From: Camelus dromedarius
Taxonomy: Eukaryota
Direction of reading: 5' to 3'
Length of the DNA stretch: 64,000 nt
NCBI RefSeq assembly: GCF_036321535.1
Contig: NC_087437.1
Location: 78,122,001 to 78,186,000, forward strand
The translations under genes were made by a program, and so were the position numbers. This document shows positions 51,329 to 64,000 of this stretch, one piece after another. The notes under the pieces were generated by a model, which saw only the letters and a program-made list of their open reading frames with translations, searched no databases and had not been told where the DNA came from. How positions within the stretch are numbered: the first letter of the stretch is position 1; each line of letters starts with the position of its first letter.

Positions 51329-54300
51329 GTGAGGGTTAAGCTGCCATCCCAAGCAGCCATATGCCCTGCTGATCCACTAACAAGAGCGAGGGGATCATCA
51401 GGGACCGCGGTAGAGTGCTGATGAGCCTAACTGGCAACAGATGCTAGATGCCTGGATGCTAAAGATAGAAGCCAGTGAAAGAGAAGGAAATGAAGACTTG
51501 AAAGTACACGTTGTTCCAATTACACCTTTGTGCTGCTGAAAACCCGCAAATAACCCTCAAACAGTTGCTATAGAGGGACTGGTTGACAGTCAAAAGGTGA
51601 TAACTTATCCTTCATATATTTTGATTCAGTCACAAAAAAGAAATATATGGATTAGATAATGTTCAAGATTCCATTGGATTTCACATTCTGTGTGTTCACT
51701 CCTAATTTCATTGGTTCTTCTTAAAATTGGCCAGAATCTTGAAATTTAGATCTTGAACAATTTTTTGTTTGTTTGTTGGGAAGAAAGAATGATGTAATAG
51801 AAAAAGCCTGCTTGTTGGGATCAGAAAGACTAGCATTTTACTCCTCATTCTGTCTATTGCTATGTATTTTGAGCAAGTTTCTTCAGTTTCTTCATTTATG
51901 AAGCTGAGAGAATAGTATCTAACTTGCAAGACAGTGGTGAAATCACCTAATGCTCATTGTACTCAGTACGACCAAAATTTCCATGAGCTTATCTGCAAAT
52001 GTAAGGGAAATTTAAATATAAGTCAGAAAATCTATTCACATATTATATAAAGAAGATTCTTTACTGAGATGACTAAAAACATTATAATTTCTTTAATTAT
52101 ACCTCACCTCTTAGGATCTTTGATGATATATCCAATCTTTCATACCTATGCTTTAATTTTGTTCCTTTAATTTACATTTAAATCCACCTTTGACAAGCTT
52201 AAGTCTTTATGGTGGTCTGAAGCTTTTTCACACCTAATGATTTTCACATCTGGCATATCTGATGATTGCAATCATTATCTCAATTATATTAAGTTTAAGA
52301 GACATACCTTTTATCACTAGCACAGCACATCTTTACTGTTGTTTTATATTTGCTTAAAATATAATCCAACAAAATGCAAAGATGGCTGCTGGCACAAAGT
52401 TTTCTGCTAGCACAAAATTCTGAATTTTGTGTGCAGAAGACATAGGGATGAGAGTTATAACATAGGAAAGTTTGGACGGTATGTAAACCAAACTTACAAA
52501 CTTACGAATATCAAGTACCTATAAATATGGCATAGCCCTTAAATTGAGTCACTTTTTTGATAAGATTATTTTCCGGTTTTTTAAGTTGGAATTTTCAAGT
52601 AACTTTGAAGCATTTTACAATTCTTCATTTACCAGATTGTTGAAATGTTATGAGCTAGTGGAAAATCTGATGAGATTTACTACGTATTTACATGTTTCCT
52701 TTCTTCTAAAATATATACCAAATCTTTAGTTTCTCTTAGGCTATCTTAATGCAGGGGTGAACAGAAGAATTTTAAATTTTTATTTTTTATTGGTAAGTTT
52801 TCAATTCAGAAACAGATAAGAAATAATAGAGAAAGTAAAAACAAGTAATCTAGAAACAATTCCTGTTAACATTTTGGTGTATAACTTTCCAAATTTTTTT
52901 CTTTGTAACGATGCAGTAATTTACTGTGAAAGTACATGATTAAACAATATGGTCACATTTGCGAATTACGTGACACAGTTTGTCCATTGACAACATATTG
53001 TTTTTGAATCCTTTCAAAGAAGATACTGGTAATAGAGGACCATTGACTCAAGGTTAGGAACTCATCTTTTACCTCTATTGATTCTATTCAATAATCTGTA
53101 TACTCTTTGGACAAACAATAGTAATTTCTATAACTTCATAATAATGTTTCTAAAGCTTCAGAGTTAACAAATTCTTTTGCTAGTAATTGATCCGAATTTA
53201 AAAGTTTTTTAAGCACTAAAGATAACATCAACTGTCTTCCATAGCTATCAGTATGGAATTAAAATTAGCTTCATACAGGCAAAAGTACATAGTCATGATT
53301 GCAAGAAATAAACAGCAGAAGATTTCCCGAACCACAAATGTGTCCCATAATTTAGCATTTAGATGAGTTAATATTAAATGAATCAATCACAGATGGGGTC
53401 TTTCTCCTATTTGAAAATATGTTTTGGTTAAAACCTTAAGAGTTGAAATATTTGGCAAGAAATTGGTTGTTACTTTATCAATCCAAACCATACAATCAGT
53501 TTGTGATGCTTGACAAAGACATAATTCTATCATCTCTAATGAGGTAGAATTTATAAAAGTGGAGCTTTTGAGGTTGAAAAGGCAGCTGCTATGTATCTCT
53601 TAGGAATCTTTACTATGAATTTATTATAATGGATTATGATGAAATGACTGGATGAAAGCGGCAATCTAACAGGGATGAAAGCAGCAATCTGGCTTGCTGA
53701 GAAGCTCCCTCCTCCTGTAACCATCCCATGGAATTTAAACTACAGAGGACGGCTAATGTCACATTCAAGTGCAAATGTAAATACTCCTGAGTGATTGCAT
53801 TTGGTGACATCTAATGTTGGCTGTACCCCAGTATTTAGATTTTTAAAGGGGTGTGAACTGTGGCACTCATTTGCTTTGGCAATGTCCCCTTCTCTTCCCA
53901 TTATCGACATGGTGAATATTTTGTAGGAATGACAACAGCTGAGGATAGGATTTTAGGTGATACTTGGAATTGAACTAAGTATATGCCAGGATTTAAAATA
54001 TGGTTATTTTCAATTATATGAAATCAACAGGATCATTATTTTAGCCTCTTCACGGACTGTTTAAGACATAATAATTTAGTTACTTAGGAATAATTATGTA
54101 TATGTATTTGCACACAAATACATATACAAGTGCAATTATGTTTATGCACTCAAATATCTTAAATACTTTATGATCTTTCCACTTAAAATTCTTTTTTCAT
54201 GGAAGAATTAAAAGCAAAATGAATCAAAAAAAGGAAATAAGAGTTTTCATGCTTTTCTGGTTAAATTGACATCTCCCTATTAAAATGTATTACAGAGTCC

Positions 54301-54726
54301 ATGAATGTGTATGTTGTCTAATCACTTAGAAACACTTCTTTTGTAAAAGTGTAGTAGCGTAGGACAAAACATCAATTCTTCATTATTCATTTCAATGGGG
54401 AAAAAAGAATATAGAATGCAAAACATTAAAGTATATTCTGTGATCTTTTAAAAATGCCATAGTCACACTATTTTTTCTTTTTTAGGTTGTATTCTTTCTT
54501 GTTGTAACCCCTATACACACCAGTAGCCCAGTGTCTTAAGGAAATCACATCGAAGAGGCAATTCATAACAGTAAAGAAAAAGTATCTTCACATTTTATTT
54601 GCATTTCTAGAAAAATTTTGTAAAATCTATTTTTTCCTCTTCCTGTAGGTGAGTCAGTCTCTCATCCACTCCCTCAAAATCTGTCTCTGACCTCAGCCTA
54701 CCCAGGTGTAGTTTTTTCTCTCCTCC

Positions 54727-54839
54727 ATTTTTTTTTTCTTTACAGGTTTTTAAAATTTTGTTTTTCATTGAAGTATAATTGATTAGTTGATTTACAATGG
54801 TAGTTTCAGGTGTACAATGAAGCGATTCATTTATACATA

Positions 54840-54886
<47 letters not shown>

Positions 54887-54945
54887 TTTTTTTTTTTTTC
54901 AGATTCCTTTTCATCATGTGTTATTACAAGAATCTGAATATAGTC
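54727..54945 (-). mobile_element. Artiodactyl L1 3' end with internal (TACA)n(TA)n(T)n microsatellite
   Basis: ttcattgaagtataattg...tttacaatggtagtttcaggtgtacaatgaagcgattca...ttttcagattccttttc...ttattacaagaatctgaatatagt. Confidence 0.85.
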
Positions 54946-55056
54946 ACCTGCCTCACTTTCCATCTTGCAATCAGTCTCAGGTCTTTCTAATGCAATTTCC
55001 CAAATCCAAATCCATGTCTAGTGCTTGCTTCCCTCAGGCCAGTCTTCCTGATATTG

Positions 55057-55100
55057 AGTGTGTATGTGAGTGTGCACATACACACACACACACACACATA
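55057..55100. repeat. (TG)n/(CA)n compound microsatellite
   Basis: gtgtgtatgtgagtgtgcacatacacacacacacacacacata. Confidence 0.85.
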
Positions 55101-57784
55101 GAGAGGAAGTGTTGGTCACAGGCAATGATAAAACTTTCCTTAGCAGAGATTAAAGGGAATGAGGCTCTGAATATTCTTATCTGAATCATCTCCATTTCAA
55201 AAAAATAAACTGGTAGGCATTTTCCAAAGAAATATAGGTAGGTAGATACCTAATATTTTGATCTAGTCTGTTTTCTCACAATTGTTTTTCTCCCTTTTTA
55301 AAAGTCTGGCTTATTTAAGTTGAATTGAAAATCAAACTGCAAACTTCAGGTTTAATAAAAAGCAATGCCAAATAAACTGTGTAGCAGATGCCTCTGCTTG
55401 ACAATGATAGACATTCAAAAATATTTGTTGAATAAATGAAAAAGTGAATGAAGTCACAGTCCCTCTCCATTTTTGAGATTAACTGCAATCCCTAATCTAT
55501 TTCCTAATATCTTCCCATACATAGCCTATTATTCTTTTTACTTTTAGAGATGAGATCAAGGTGATCAAGAATGCCTGTTTGCATACATTTTCAGTGATTA
55601 AAGCAAGCATGTTCATATTTTGATGCTACTGTGTCAAATAGCTGTACAAAGATGTCTAACTATATGAGTGTCAGTGCTAGCTTTGCCTCTGGCCTTTTAA
55701 ATCATGCCAGTTCACCCATCCACCATGTCCAAAATTACCTTTGAGTAAAAGCTGCAGGTTAGATGAGATTCTAACCTTTTGTGTAATGACTTCTAGTCTT
55801 TACCATTTTCTCCCAATCTCTTAGTTAAAATATTTCACTGATTATGGGTGTTCTATCCTGAATGTGAATCCTGGATTCTCTTTTCTCAGATTTGGTGACT
55901 ACATGAATTTCCTTGTGAGATTTTAGACTCTAGATTTTTGGAATAACTTTTGGATTTACCTAAACATTTGAACTTGAGGTCTTCTGTTGTCTACACTTGA
56001 GTTCCATTCCACATTCCATTCCATGCCACATAACTTCAAGTTAATTCCTGCCCTAGTATTCCAGAATTTATACAGATAGTAGTAGAGTAGGGAGAAATAA
56101 GGAAATAAACTCTGTATCCCTGGCAATAATAAAGGTTGGTTAAATGGCTAAAATTCACTCCAGATTATGTTCCAGGTAGAGGATACATATGAAGGCAAAT
56201 GTGGGTTGAGTATACTTAGCTTTTTATTGGCAAATTTGCTAATAGTGGTGATGTGCTTTTCAGCATGGAGATAAATCTGTATTGAGAAGAGAGGTAATAA
56301 TATTATTTTCCATTCTTTCATGCCAGCATAACAAACATAGGATTAAATGATTAACCAGAAAACAAATTGAGGACTGTCACACATAGCAGGGTTGTTTAAT
56401 ATTGTGTGACTTAGAAGCTATCACAATAGTAATTTCTGATCAATGAGGAAGACTAAGTAATGTTACTTGCCTAGAAGCTTTAGTTTTCCAACCAAAAACT
56501 CCAGAGAATTCTAAAGCTTCCCTACCACCAAGCCCTTATGCCACAGCAGGCAACGTTCTGTAGCCATTCTTAAGAAAATGGACAGGTACAACATACATTT
56601 TCCAGTATTAAATTGAAGGGGATATTACTCTAGGATAGAATCTAAGACATTGCCGGTCTGTGTGCCATAGAATATTAGCCTTGATAGCAGCTAGAAAATA
56701 GGAATTCAGTTAATAAAACTCTTAAGTTTAAAATATAATCTAAAAACATAAAGAATAGATCCCTGGGCATTTACTGTGATTTACTGTGGGCTTCAAGTGT
56801 CTGTATTCACCTGTTGGTGGCTACATTTTGGGTCTCCAAATATAAAAAGTTCTTTGTCACTTTCTTCATGACTGAAGGAATACTGAGTTTTTAGAATAGA
56901 GGTTTTCCTTCCACCCCAAGTAATTTCAGGAACCCTAAGTGCAATACTGCCTCACCTGCACATCTGGGTGTGACTTGAAATAAATCATGCCCAGTGCCAG
57001 GGAAACCAGAAGCAGGTTCCTGTGCTTCAGTCACATACGTTTGTGACCGGCACTGCCGAGAAGTTGAAAGAACTTGCCTTCTTTGTTACTCTTCCTTGAG
57101 GGCTTGCACAGGAGATGACTGGAGGCTCAGTGCGGCGGGTGGTCAGTGATGGATTTTTTCAGGCACCTTCACAGTCAGGTGTGTATTCTGCAGTCTCAGT
57201 TTCCCAGAAGTGCAGCTCCCAACCACAACATTGCTGTCTTTATGAGCCCATACCCAAGTGTTAGAGGGGTATAAACCTGCTGCATCCTTTGAGAGCTGGT
57301 GCTGGTAGAACTTAAATTCAGCCACCTTATCATTGTCATGATATGTCATCTGTGGACATGAAGGCCTGGCTTGTTCATAATTACTTTAATGAAGTGAGGG
57401 CAAGGCGTCAACTCTCAAAGTTTCTTAAGTGCTCCAAGTGTCACAGATCCGAGTATGACGTGGCTCTTTCAACAACTCTTTCCAACATCTTTTATAACAA
57501 AATAGTACTACCACTTTGCCCAAAGGTAGGTGGATTTTATGCTGGACTTGGGCCACCATTCATGGTTAATCTCAGTCTTTGGCTTTGTTCTTAGGTTTAG
57601 TCACTGTATCCCTCCTTAGAATGATTTTTCTCTCAGCACACTGCAATTCATCCTCTGTCAGGGTATCCCAGTCTAGTAAACATATTGTGTATATGTCTGG
57701 ACGTCATTGTGGAAAGCCTTCAGGCCCCATATCCTCTGCCTGCCCCTTCAGAAATCATCTGAGTTTTGATTTGATTTCAGTAAG

Positions 57785-58210
57785 TCAGTTCATCCCCTCA
57801 ACATATTCATTGTTCACTATGTGCCCAGCAATGATGTAAGCACAGAGAATACAAGAAAGGGAAAAAAAAAAAAAAGAGAGAGAAATTTGTGATCTCACAT
57901 AGCTTTTTTTCTACAGTGATTTAAAGTAAGCAAGTAAAAAATAACATCTCAGTTGGCAGTAAGTACTAAAGAGATAAATAAAACAAAGAAGTAGGACTAT
58001 AGGTACGTCCGTGAGTAAGGATAATTTTCCATTTGACATGGAGGGATCAGGGATTGCCTGCATATGAAGGGCACGTTTGAGCCGAGATGTGAAGGAAATG
58101 AAGAAGTGAGCCATGATATCTGGGAGGAGACCAGGCAGTGTGCAAAAAGTGTACAGTCCCTCAGAAGGAAGCATCCTGGTTGGCTGGGAGAAGACCAGAC
58201 TTAGGGCTGA
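57785..58210 (-). mobile_element. L2 3' end
   Basis: tcaacatattcattgttcactatgtgcccagcaatg...ggcagtaagtactaaagagataaataaaac...atttgagccgagatgtgaagg-like body. Confidence 0.75.
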
Positions 58211-58982
58211 GGTCTGAACTCCAGAGAGCAGCAACTTTTGTGTTCCTTCTCCAGCCCAGTCAAGACAACCATTTATAGTGAAAGGAAAAGAATTGTTGAC
58301 ATGATCGATCTACTGCAAGTTAACATGGGGCATAGATGGGAATCAGCAGACCACAAAGAACCAAAATAAAGATAGAAAAGATGCTGAGACAAGAAGATAA
58401 AATATGTATTTTGCCATATCTGGCTAAGGCTATAATTCCTTTGTGAGAAGTGATTAAATCATGCAGGAGCAACATGTATTTACATTTCAAAACACTGACC
58501 CAAGTTCTCTGCTCCATAAGCTGTGTATATAGTGCAGAGTGTAGCCATCTTAGAAGAATTAAATGGTTCTCAATTGATTTAGTGTTTTACTTATAAGTTT
58601 TATCAAAGATAGGAACTTTTAACAATGAAAAATCCAATTACAATTATATTCAAACTTTGCTGCTTTTAATAAATAACTAGAACAAAATAAAACCTGGCAA
58701 CACTTTCAGATGCTGCTTTGAAAATTGTGCTATGTTTTGATGTGCCCAATTTAGAACACCTCTCTTGATGTAGAGCCATATTTATTCATTTAAGTATATT
58801 TCGTAGGCATCTATTGTGTGCAAGGCTCTGTAGCAGGTGCTAGGGATATAGCAGTGAACCAAACCACACGCCCCCACCCCATATGTGCTAGAGGGCAAGG
58901 CAGACACATGTCAGGTACTAAATTCCATAAAGAAAAGGCTAGGTAAATAGAGGATCTCCCTGGGAAAGTTCTTTGGGGAGGC

Positions 58983-59322
58983 ATATTAATCAGAATATGC
59001 TGTTATAACAAATAAGCCCCCCAAATTTAGTGACTTTAAAAACATGGGTTTTCTGCTCATGTTATACGTACATTGTGGGTTGGTGCTGGGCTCTGCTTCT
59101 TGAAATTATTCAGTGACCCAGACTAAAGAATCAGGTGTCATCTTGCAAGTTGTTGGTCATTGTGCTAAAGGGAAAAGAGAGCTCTGGAGGGACTTGATCT
59201 AGAAAGAAGTATGACACATCTCTCTTCTGCCTAGAAGCAATGTCGTGGCCCACCCAACCACAGGGTAGACAGAAAGTGGGCAGACCTAGGTATATGTTTT
59301 CAACAGTACTAATAACCACCAA
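58983..59322 (-). mobile_element. MLT1J/K/L-like MaLR LTR
   Basis: tatgctgttataacaaataagccccccaaatttagtgactt...ttctgctcatgttatacgtacattgtgggttgg...gtcgtggcccacccaaccacaggg. Confidence 0.7.
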
Positions 59323-59469
59323 GAAGGAATGTCAGACAAAGAACTTTTTGAGAAAGCAACATTTGAATTGAGTCCTGAAGGAAATGAGGGACAAAAGGAA
59401 GAGTGAGGAAGTTAGAGAATATTTGGTTTGCTCAAAAAATTATTTTTATTTTATCAAAATAAAAAATAT

Positions 59470-60463
59470 AATTAATCAAATGTAAAAAAGATGAAAAAGG
59501 CTACAGATGGGGAGAAAATAATCACAAATTATGTATCTGGTAAAGGACATACATCCTCAATATACAAAGAGCACTTACTTAAAAGTTAATAATAAGAAGA
59601 CAACCCAGTTTTTTTAAAAATAGGGAAAAGATTTGAGACACTTCACCAAAGCAGATGTACGAATCATAACTAAACACATAAAAATATTTTAAACATAACT
59701 AGTCATTAGAGAAATGTAAATTAAACTATAATGAGAGCACATATACACTAGAATGGCTAAAAAAAATGACTGACAATACCAAGTGCTGATAGGCTGTGAA
59801 GAAACAAGATCCTCATAATGTTGCTGGTGGGAATGTAAAATGGTAAGTTGCTTTGGAAAACGGGTTGACAGTTTCTTAGACAGTTATACTTACTTGTGAC
59901 CCAGTAATTTCATTCCGAATTATTTTCCAAAGAAGTATAAAAAACTGTCAACAAAGACTTGCACATTAATAATCACATCAGTATTATTCATAACAGTGAA
60001 AAATTAGAGAAAATTCAAGTATCCATGACATGATGAATGGAAACACAAAATGTAAAGTATAGCTATAAAATGGATTCTAGTGAGCAATTAAAAGGAATGA
60101 ACTACTGTTACCTGCTACATTATAGGTAGGCATTAAAAATGTTAGGCTAAATGAAAGAAGTCAGATGCAAAAGGTGATACATTGTATGTTTATATTTGTA
60201 TTCAATTACCAGAAGCTACAGATGCAGAAAGTAAATCAGTGGTTTCTTGGAACTGTGGGTGGGAGTAGGAATTGACTGGAAGTGGGCAGAAGATAACTTT
60301 TTTTGGAATAAAGAAAATATTCTAAGTCTAGGCTGAGTTGGTAGTTGCACAATAGTATACATTTACTAAAATTGTGAAAATGGGTACTTAAAATGGGCAG
60401 ATTTTGTGGTATGTGATGTATGCTTCAATAAAGCAGGTCAAAAAAAAAAAAAAGAAAAGAAAA
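59470..60463 (+). mobile_element. L1MC/MD ORF2 end plus 3'UTR and poly(A)
   Basis: acagatggggagaaaata...agacacttcaccaaagcagat...gctggtgggaatgtaaaatgg...cttcaataaagcaggtcaaaaaaaaaaaaa. Confidence 0.85.
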
Positions 60464-62444
60464 ATGAAACACTGAGGAGGCCAATGCAGCTTTTATAGTA
60501 TGAAAATGGAAAAGAGCCATAGGGGATACAGTCAGAGGTGTAAGCCAGTGGCCTTATCATGTAATCATTGAAGTCCTGGGCATCAGAGTCAGGATTTCTT
60601 TTTAAGTTTATGGGAAGTCAGTGGATGCTCTGAGTATTAGAGCGACTGAAATAAATTTATGTTTTTAAAAGATGCTCTAATGTTGACTTTGTGTAGGAGG
60701 AAAGATTGAAGTAAGAAAATCATAATGCTTTTACAGTAGTTTAGGCAAGAAATTATGGAAACTAGATCAGGAATGGTGCAGTGGAGGTGATGAAAGGTAA
60801 CCTGGGTTATGTTTAAAAAGCAGAACTTCCTAGCTCATAGGTGTATTTGAGCCACTAGATTTTGGCATTTTTATTACCAAGTAATATGAGGAAATAACTT
60901 TATCCCATTCCTGACCCTCAGTCCAGTGTTGAACACAACTCTAAATCCACCCTCATGCTTTAGGATTAAAGGGAGGGGCCGCTGGTAGGAGGCAGATCAG
61001 GGAAGTTTGATGCACACACATTTTAATTATTAAAAACAAAGAGAAAAAATTCTTTGTTTTTTATGTAACTATTTTTAAAATGTCAATAAAACTGCGTTGA
61101 AATTGCCCTGTCAAATTTCTTTTATTCACCCTTTAATGTAAATGCAGTCTTACTTAGGACTGCACACTGTTACCGCGTACCTTCATGATAGCCGTCCAAA
61201 ACAGCTGAGCAGAATTAGGCATATGGACTTTAATTTCATAATATATGATGTGTAATTTGGGTTTAACAGTATAGTACTCAAATAAATCAAATATACACTT
61301 TACAAATCTCTGAGTAAAATTTCCCTTCTCAAATTTGAAATATGAGTTTCTATTACAATGAGGCATTTTATTTTGGAGGAATAATTTCAGAGTAATTTTA
61401 AGTAATTAAACTACTGAATGGTAATTTTGAAAATTGTATGAAGGGAATAGAGCAATTTATCTTTGCTTTTTATAGTTTGAACTTATGAAACTAAATATAA
61501 AATGTTTAAATTTTGAGGGAACAAATAATTTAGGAAGAAATAAGTTATAAAACTGGCTTCAAGTATTTTCACATTAGAGTTTTTTACGGTCTCTCCTATT
61601 CATGAAATTAAGATGATAGAAAAGTTTGTATTATTACCAATTATTGCAAGGAAGAAATTTTATTTAAAAGTTTTTTTCCAAAAACTTTAAACTGTAAACT
61701 CCACATCTAAATGTTCAGCTATTTGTTTTGTCCTTGTAGTAAATGCTAGGTGATAATTTTATGACTATTCAGAGAGTCAGTTTTATTCTTTCTGGAATAC
61801 AGACTCGGATACCTGAAACAAAATAATTGTCCCCATGTGATGATTCTGATTATTTTGATTTTCTCATAATCGGCTTGCTAATTTTCGGAATTTATCTAGC
61901 AAGACTAGTTTTGTAATTAAAAAAAAAACTCTCTGGAGTATCAGATAAACCATAACATCTTAGAGGCAAAAGATAATAAAAGTTTGTTTCTTACTTATTT
62001 AAATACCAAGATAGCTGTTAGTGATTGTCTGAGAAGCTCTCTTCTAGTAACTGTTTTATTGAGCCAGGCTTTCATTGTGTCTACGCCATCTTTCACATGT
62101 GGCTTTCTTCTTGCTTATCTAAGCTGATGAATTGTAAAGACTGTAGATGATGTTGCGTGAGAGGCCTATCTGGGCCAGACTGAGAAAATGCGCGTGTCAA
62201 TACTTCCCTTTCCATAACTGATCAGGACTCACTCATTTGGTCACAAATAATGATAATTTGGTTGTTTGTCCAAAAGTAAAAGGAAACGAGTCTGCTGAAC
62301 AGCCAGTAGTCATAAAGGAGGTATGCATCACCTTCAGATATCTACAGAAAGAATCCACATTTTAAAATTACTCTGTTCAATCCTTATGTAGTGTCTAGAT
62401 CAGGATGGGATTCTTTCAACCTATCATTTTTTTCCCTTCTCTCC

Positions 62445-64000
62445 TTTAAAAAAAAAATAGCTTTATTGAGGTATAGTTCACATACTATAAAATTTACCCT
62501 TTTAAAGTACACAGCTTAGTAGTTTTTAGTATATTCACACTGTTGTGCATCCAAAACCACTATCTAATTCCACAACAAATTTGTAAGTTCAGAAAGAGGC
62601 CCTGTACCCATTTGCAATCACTCTCCTCTTCCCTGTTCCCAGCTCCTGGAAACTACTGATTCACTTTTTGTCTGTATGGAATTGCATATTCAGAATATTT
62701 CATCTAAATGGACTCATATTATATGTGGCCTTTTGTGTAAGGCTTCTTTCACTTACCATGTTTTCAAGTTTGATCCATGTTGTAGCATGTATCAGTACTA
62801 GGTTTCTTTTTGTAGCTGAATGAAATTCCGCTGTATCAACATATCTCATGTGTGTATGTATCCACCACTTTATGAACAGCTTCCATTTTTGACTATTTTG
62901 AATAATGCTACTATGAACATCTGTGTACAAATTTTTGGGTAGATATATGTTTTCAGTTCTCTTGAGTGCATATCTAAGAGTGAAACCACTAGGTCGTATG
63001 ATAACTCCATATTAAACTTGTAGAGTTTTATGGAAAACTATAAACTGTTTTCCGTAACTGTTGCAACATTTTGCATTCTCACCACCAATGTATGAGAGTT
63101 CCAGTTTCTCATATTCTTCTCAACTACTTGTTATCATTCATCTTGTTATCATTCACCCTTTATCAGAGGGTGTAAAGGGACATCTCATTATGGTGTTTTA
63201 TTTCCATTTCCCTAATAACTAGTGATGTGCATATTTTGATATCCTTGGTAGACATTTGTATATCTCCTTTGAAGAAATGTCTAAATCCTCTGTATATTTT
63301 AACATTGGATTGCCTATTTTTTCACTGTTGAGTTTTAAGAGCTTTTTTCCAATATATTCTAGATATATCTCTTATAAGATATGATTTGTAAATATCTTCA
63401 TCTGTTCTGTGGGCTGTCTTTTTTTTTTCTTTTTTATACAATTTAAAAAGTTATACTCCATTTACAGTTATTACAAAATATTGGCTATATTCTCTGTGTT
63501 GTACAATATATCCTTGTAGCCTAGTTTACATCCAACAGTTTGCATCTCCCACTCCCCCACCCCTATACTGCCCCTCCCCCTACTGGTAATTACTGGTTTG
63601 TTCTCCATTTCTGTGAGTCTGCTTCTTTTTGTAATATTCACTAGTTTGATGTATTTTTTTAGATTCCACATATAAGTGATATCATACAGTATTTGTCTTT
63701 CTCTGTCTGACTTATTTCCTTTTGATTTTCTTGATGGAGTCCTTTGGAGCACAAACATTTTTAATTTTGGTAAAGTCCAATTTATCTAGGTTTTCTTTTT
63801 GTCACTTGTGATTTTTATGTCATATCCAAGAAGCCATTTCCTAATCCAAGGTTGGTAACATTTAATGCAGTGTCTTCTAAGAGTTACATATTTTTAGCTC
63901 TTACATTTAGATATTGAATCTATTTTAAGTTAATTTTATGTATCATCTGAGGTCAGGTCAGCTTCATTCTTTTGCATGTGAATATCCATTTGTTGAAAAA
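62445..64000 (-). mobile_element. L1MB-like element (3' end at 62445), runs off the window end
   Basis: atagctttattgaggtatagttcacatactataaaatttacccttttaaagtacac...; resumes at about 63719 after the nested L1. Confidence 0.85.
63421..63718 (-). mobile_element. Younger artiodactyl L1 3' fragment nested in the L1MB
   Basis: T-run, then ttatactccatttacagttattacaaaatattggctatattc...tagattccacatataagtgatatcatacagtatttgtctttctctgtctgacttatttc. Confidence 0.8.

Larger units (their letters stand above)
58780..60840 (-). mobile_element. L2 broken into three pieces by MLT1 and L1 insertions
   Basis: L2 tail at 58780-58980, resuming at about 59325-59430 and again at about 60465-60840. Confidence 0.7.

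Noticed and set aside
61184..61207. Minus-strand 24-nt microexon (ctcag CTGTTTTGGACGGCTATCATGAAG gtacgc)
   Set aside because: Poor pyrimidine tract, branch motif too close to the AG, and opposite to the inferred host strand.
1..64000. CRISPR arrays, rRNA, snoRNA or prokaryote-type systems
   Set aside because: No regularly spaced repeats, operon-like ORFs or convincing C/D or H/ACA structures were seen; the sequence is mammalian non-coding DNA.

Overview
AT-rich, repeat-dense mammalian DNA with no recognisable protein-coding ORF; the ORF track is mostly chance ORFs and transposon relics. A tRNA-derived vic-1-like SINE with a target-site duplication (TSD; 9515-9666) and several artiodactyl-type L1 3' ends suggest a camelid genome. 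Much of the window is L1, L2, MIR, MaLR/ERVL LTR and hAT fossils, several of them nested. Most L1 copies lie on the minus strand, as expected inside a long intron of a plus-strand gene, which I could not identify. Plus-strand splice-signal candidates occur in repeat-poor stretches: two possible alternative first exons (16272-16330, about 17050-17108), a 21-nt microexon (24394-24414), a CpG-rich 44-nt exon (51285-51328) and an AG|GTGAGT recursive-splice-like site (54648/54649). I see no convincing novel biological system. Repeat family names come from recalled consensus sequences, and most boundaries are approximate.
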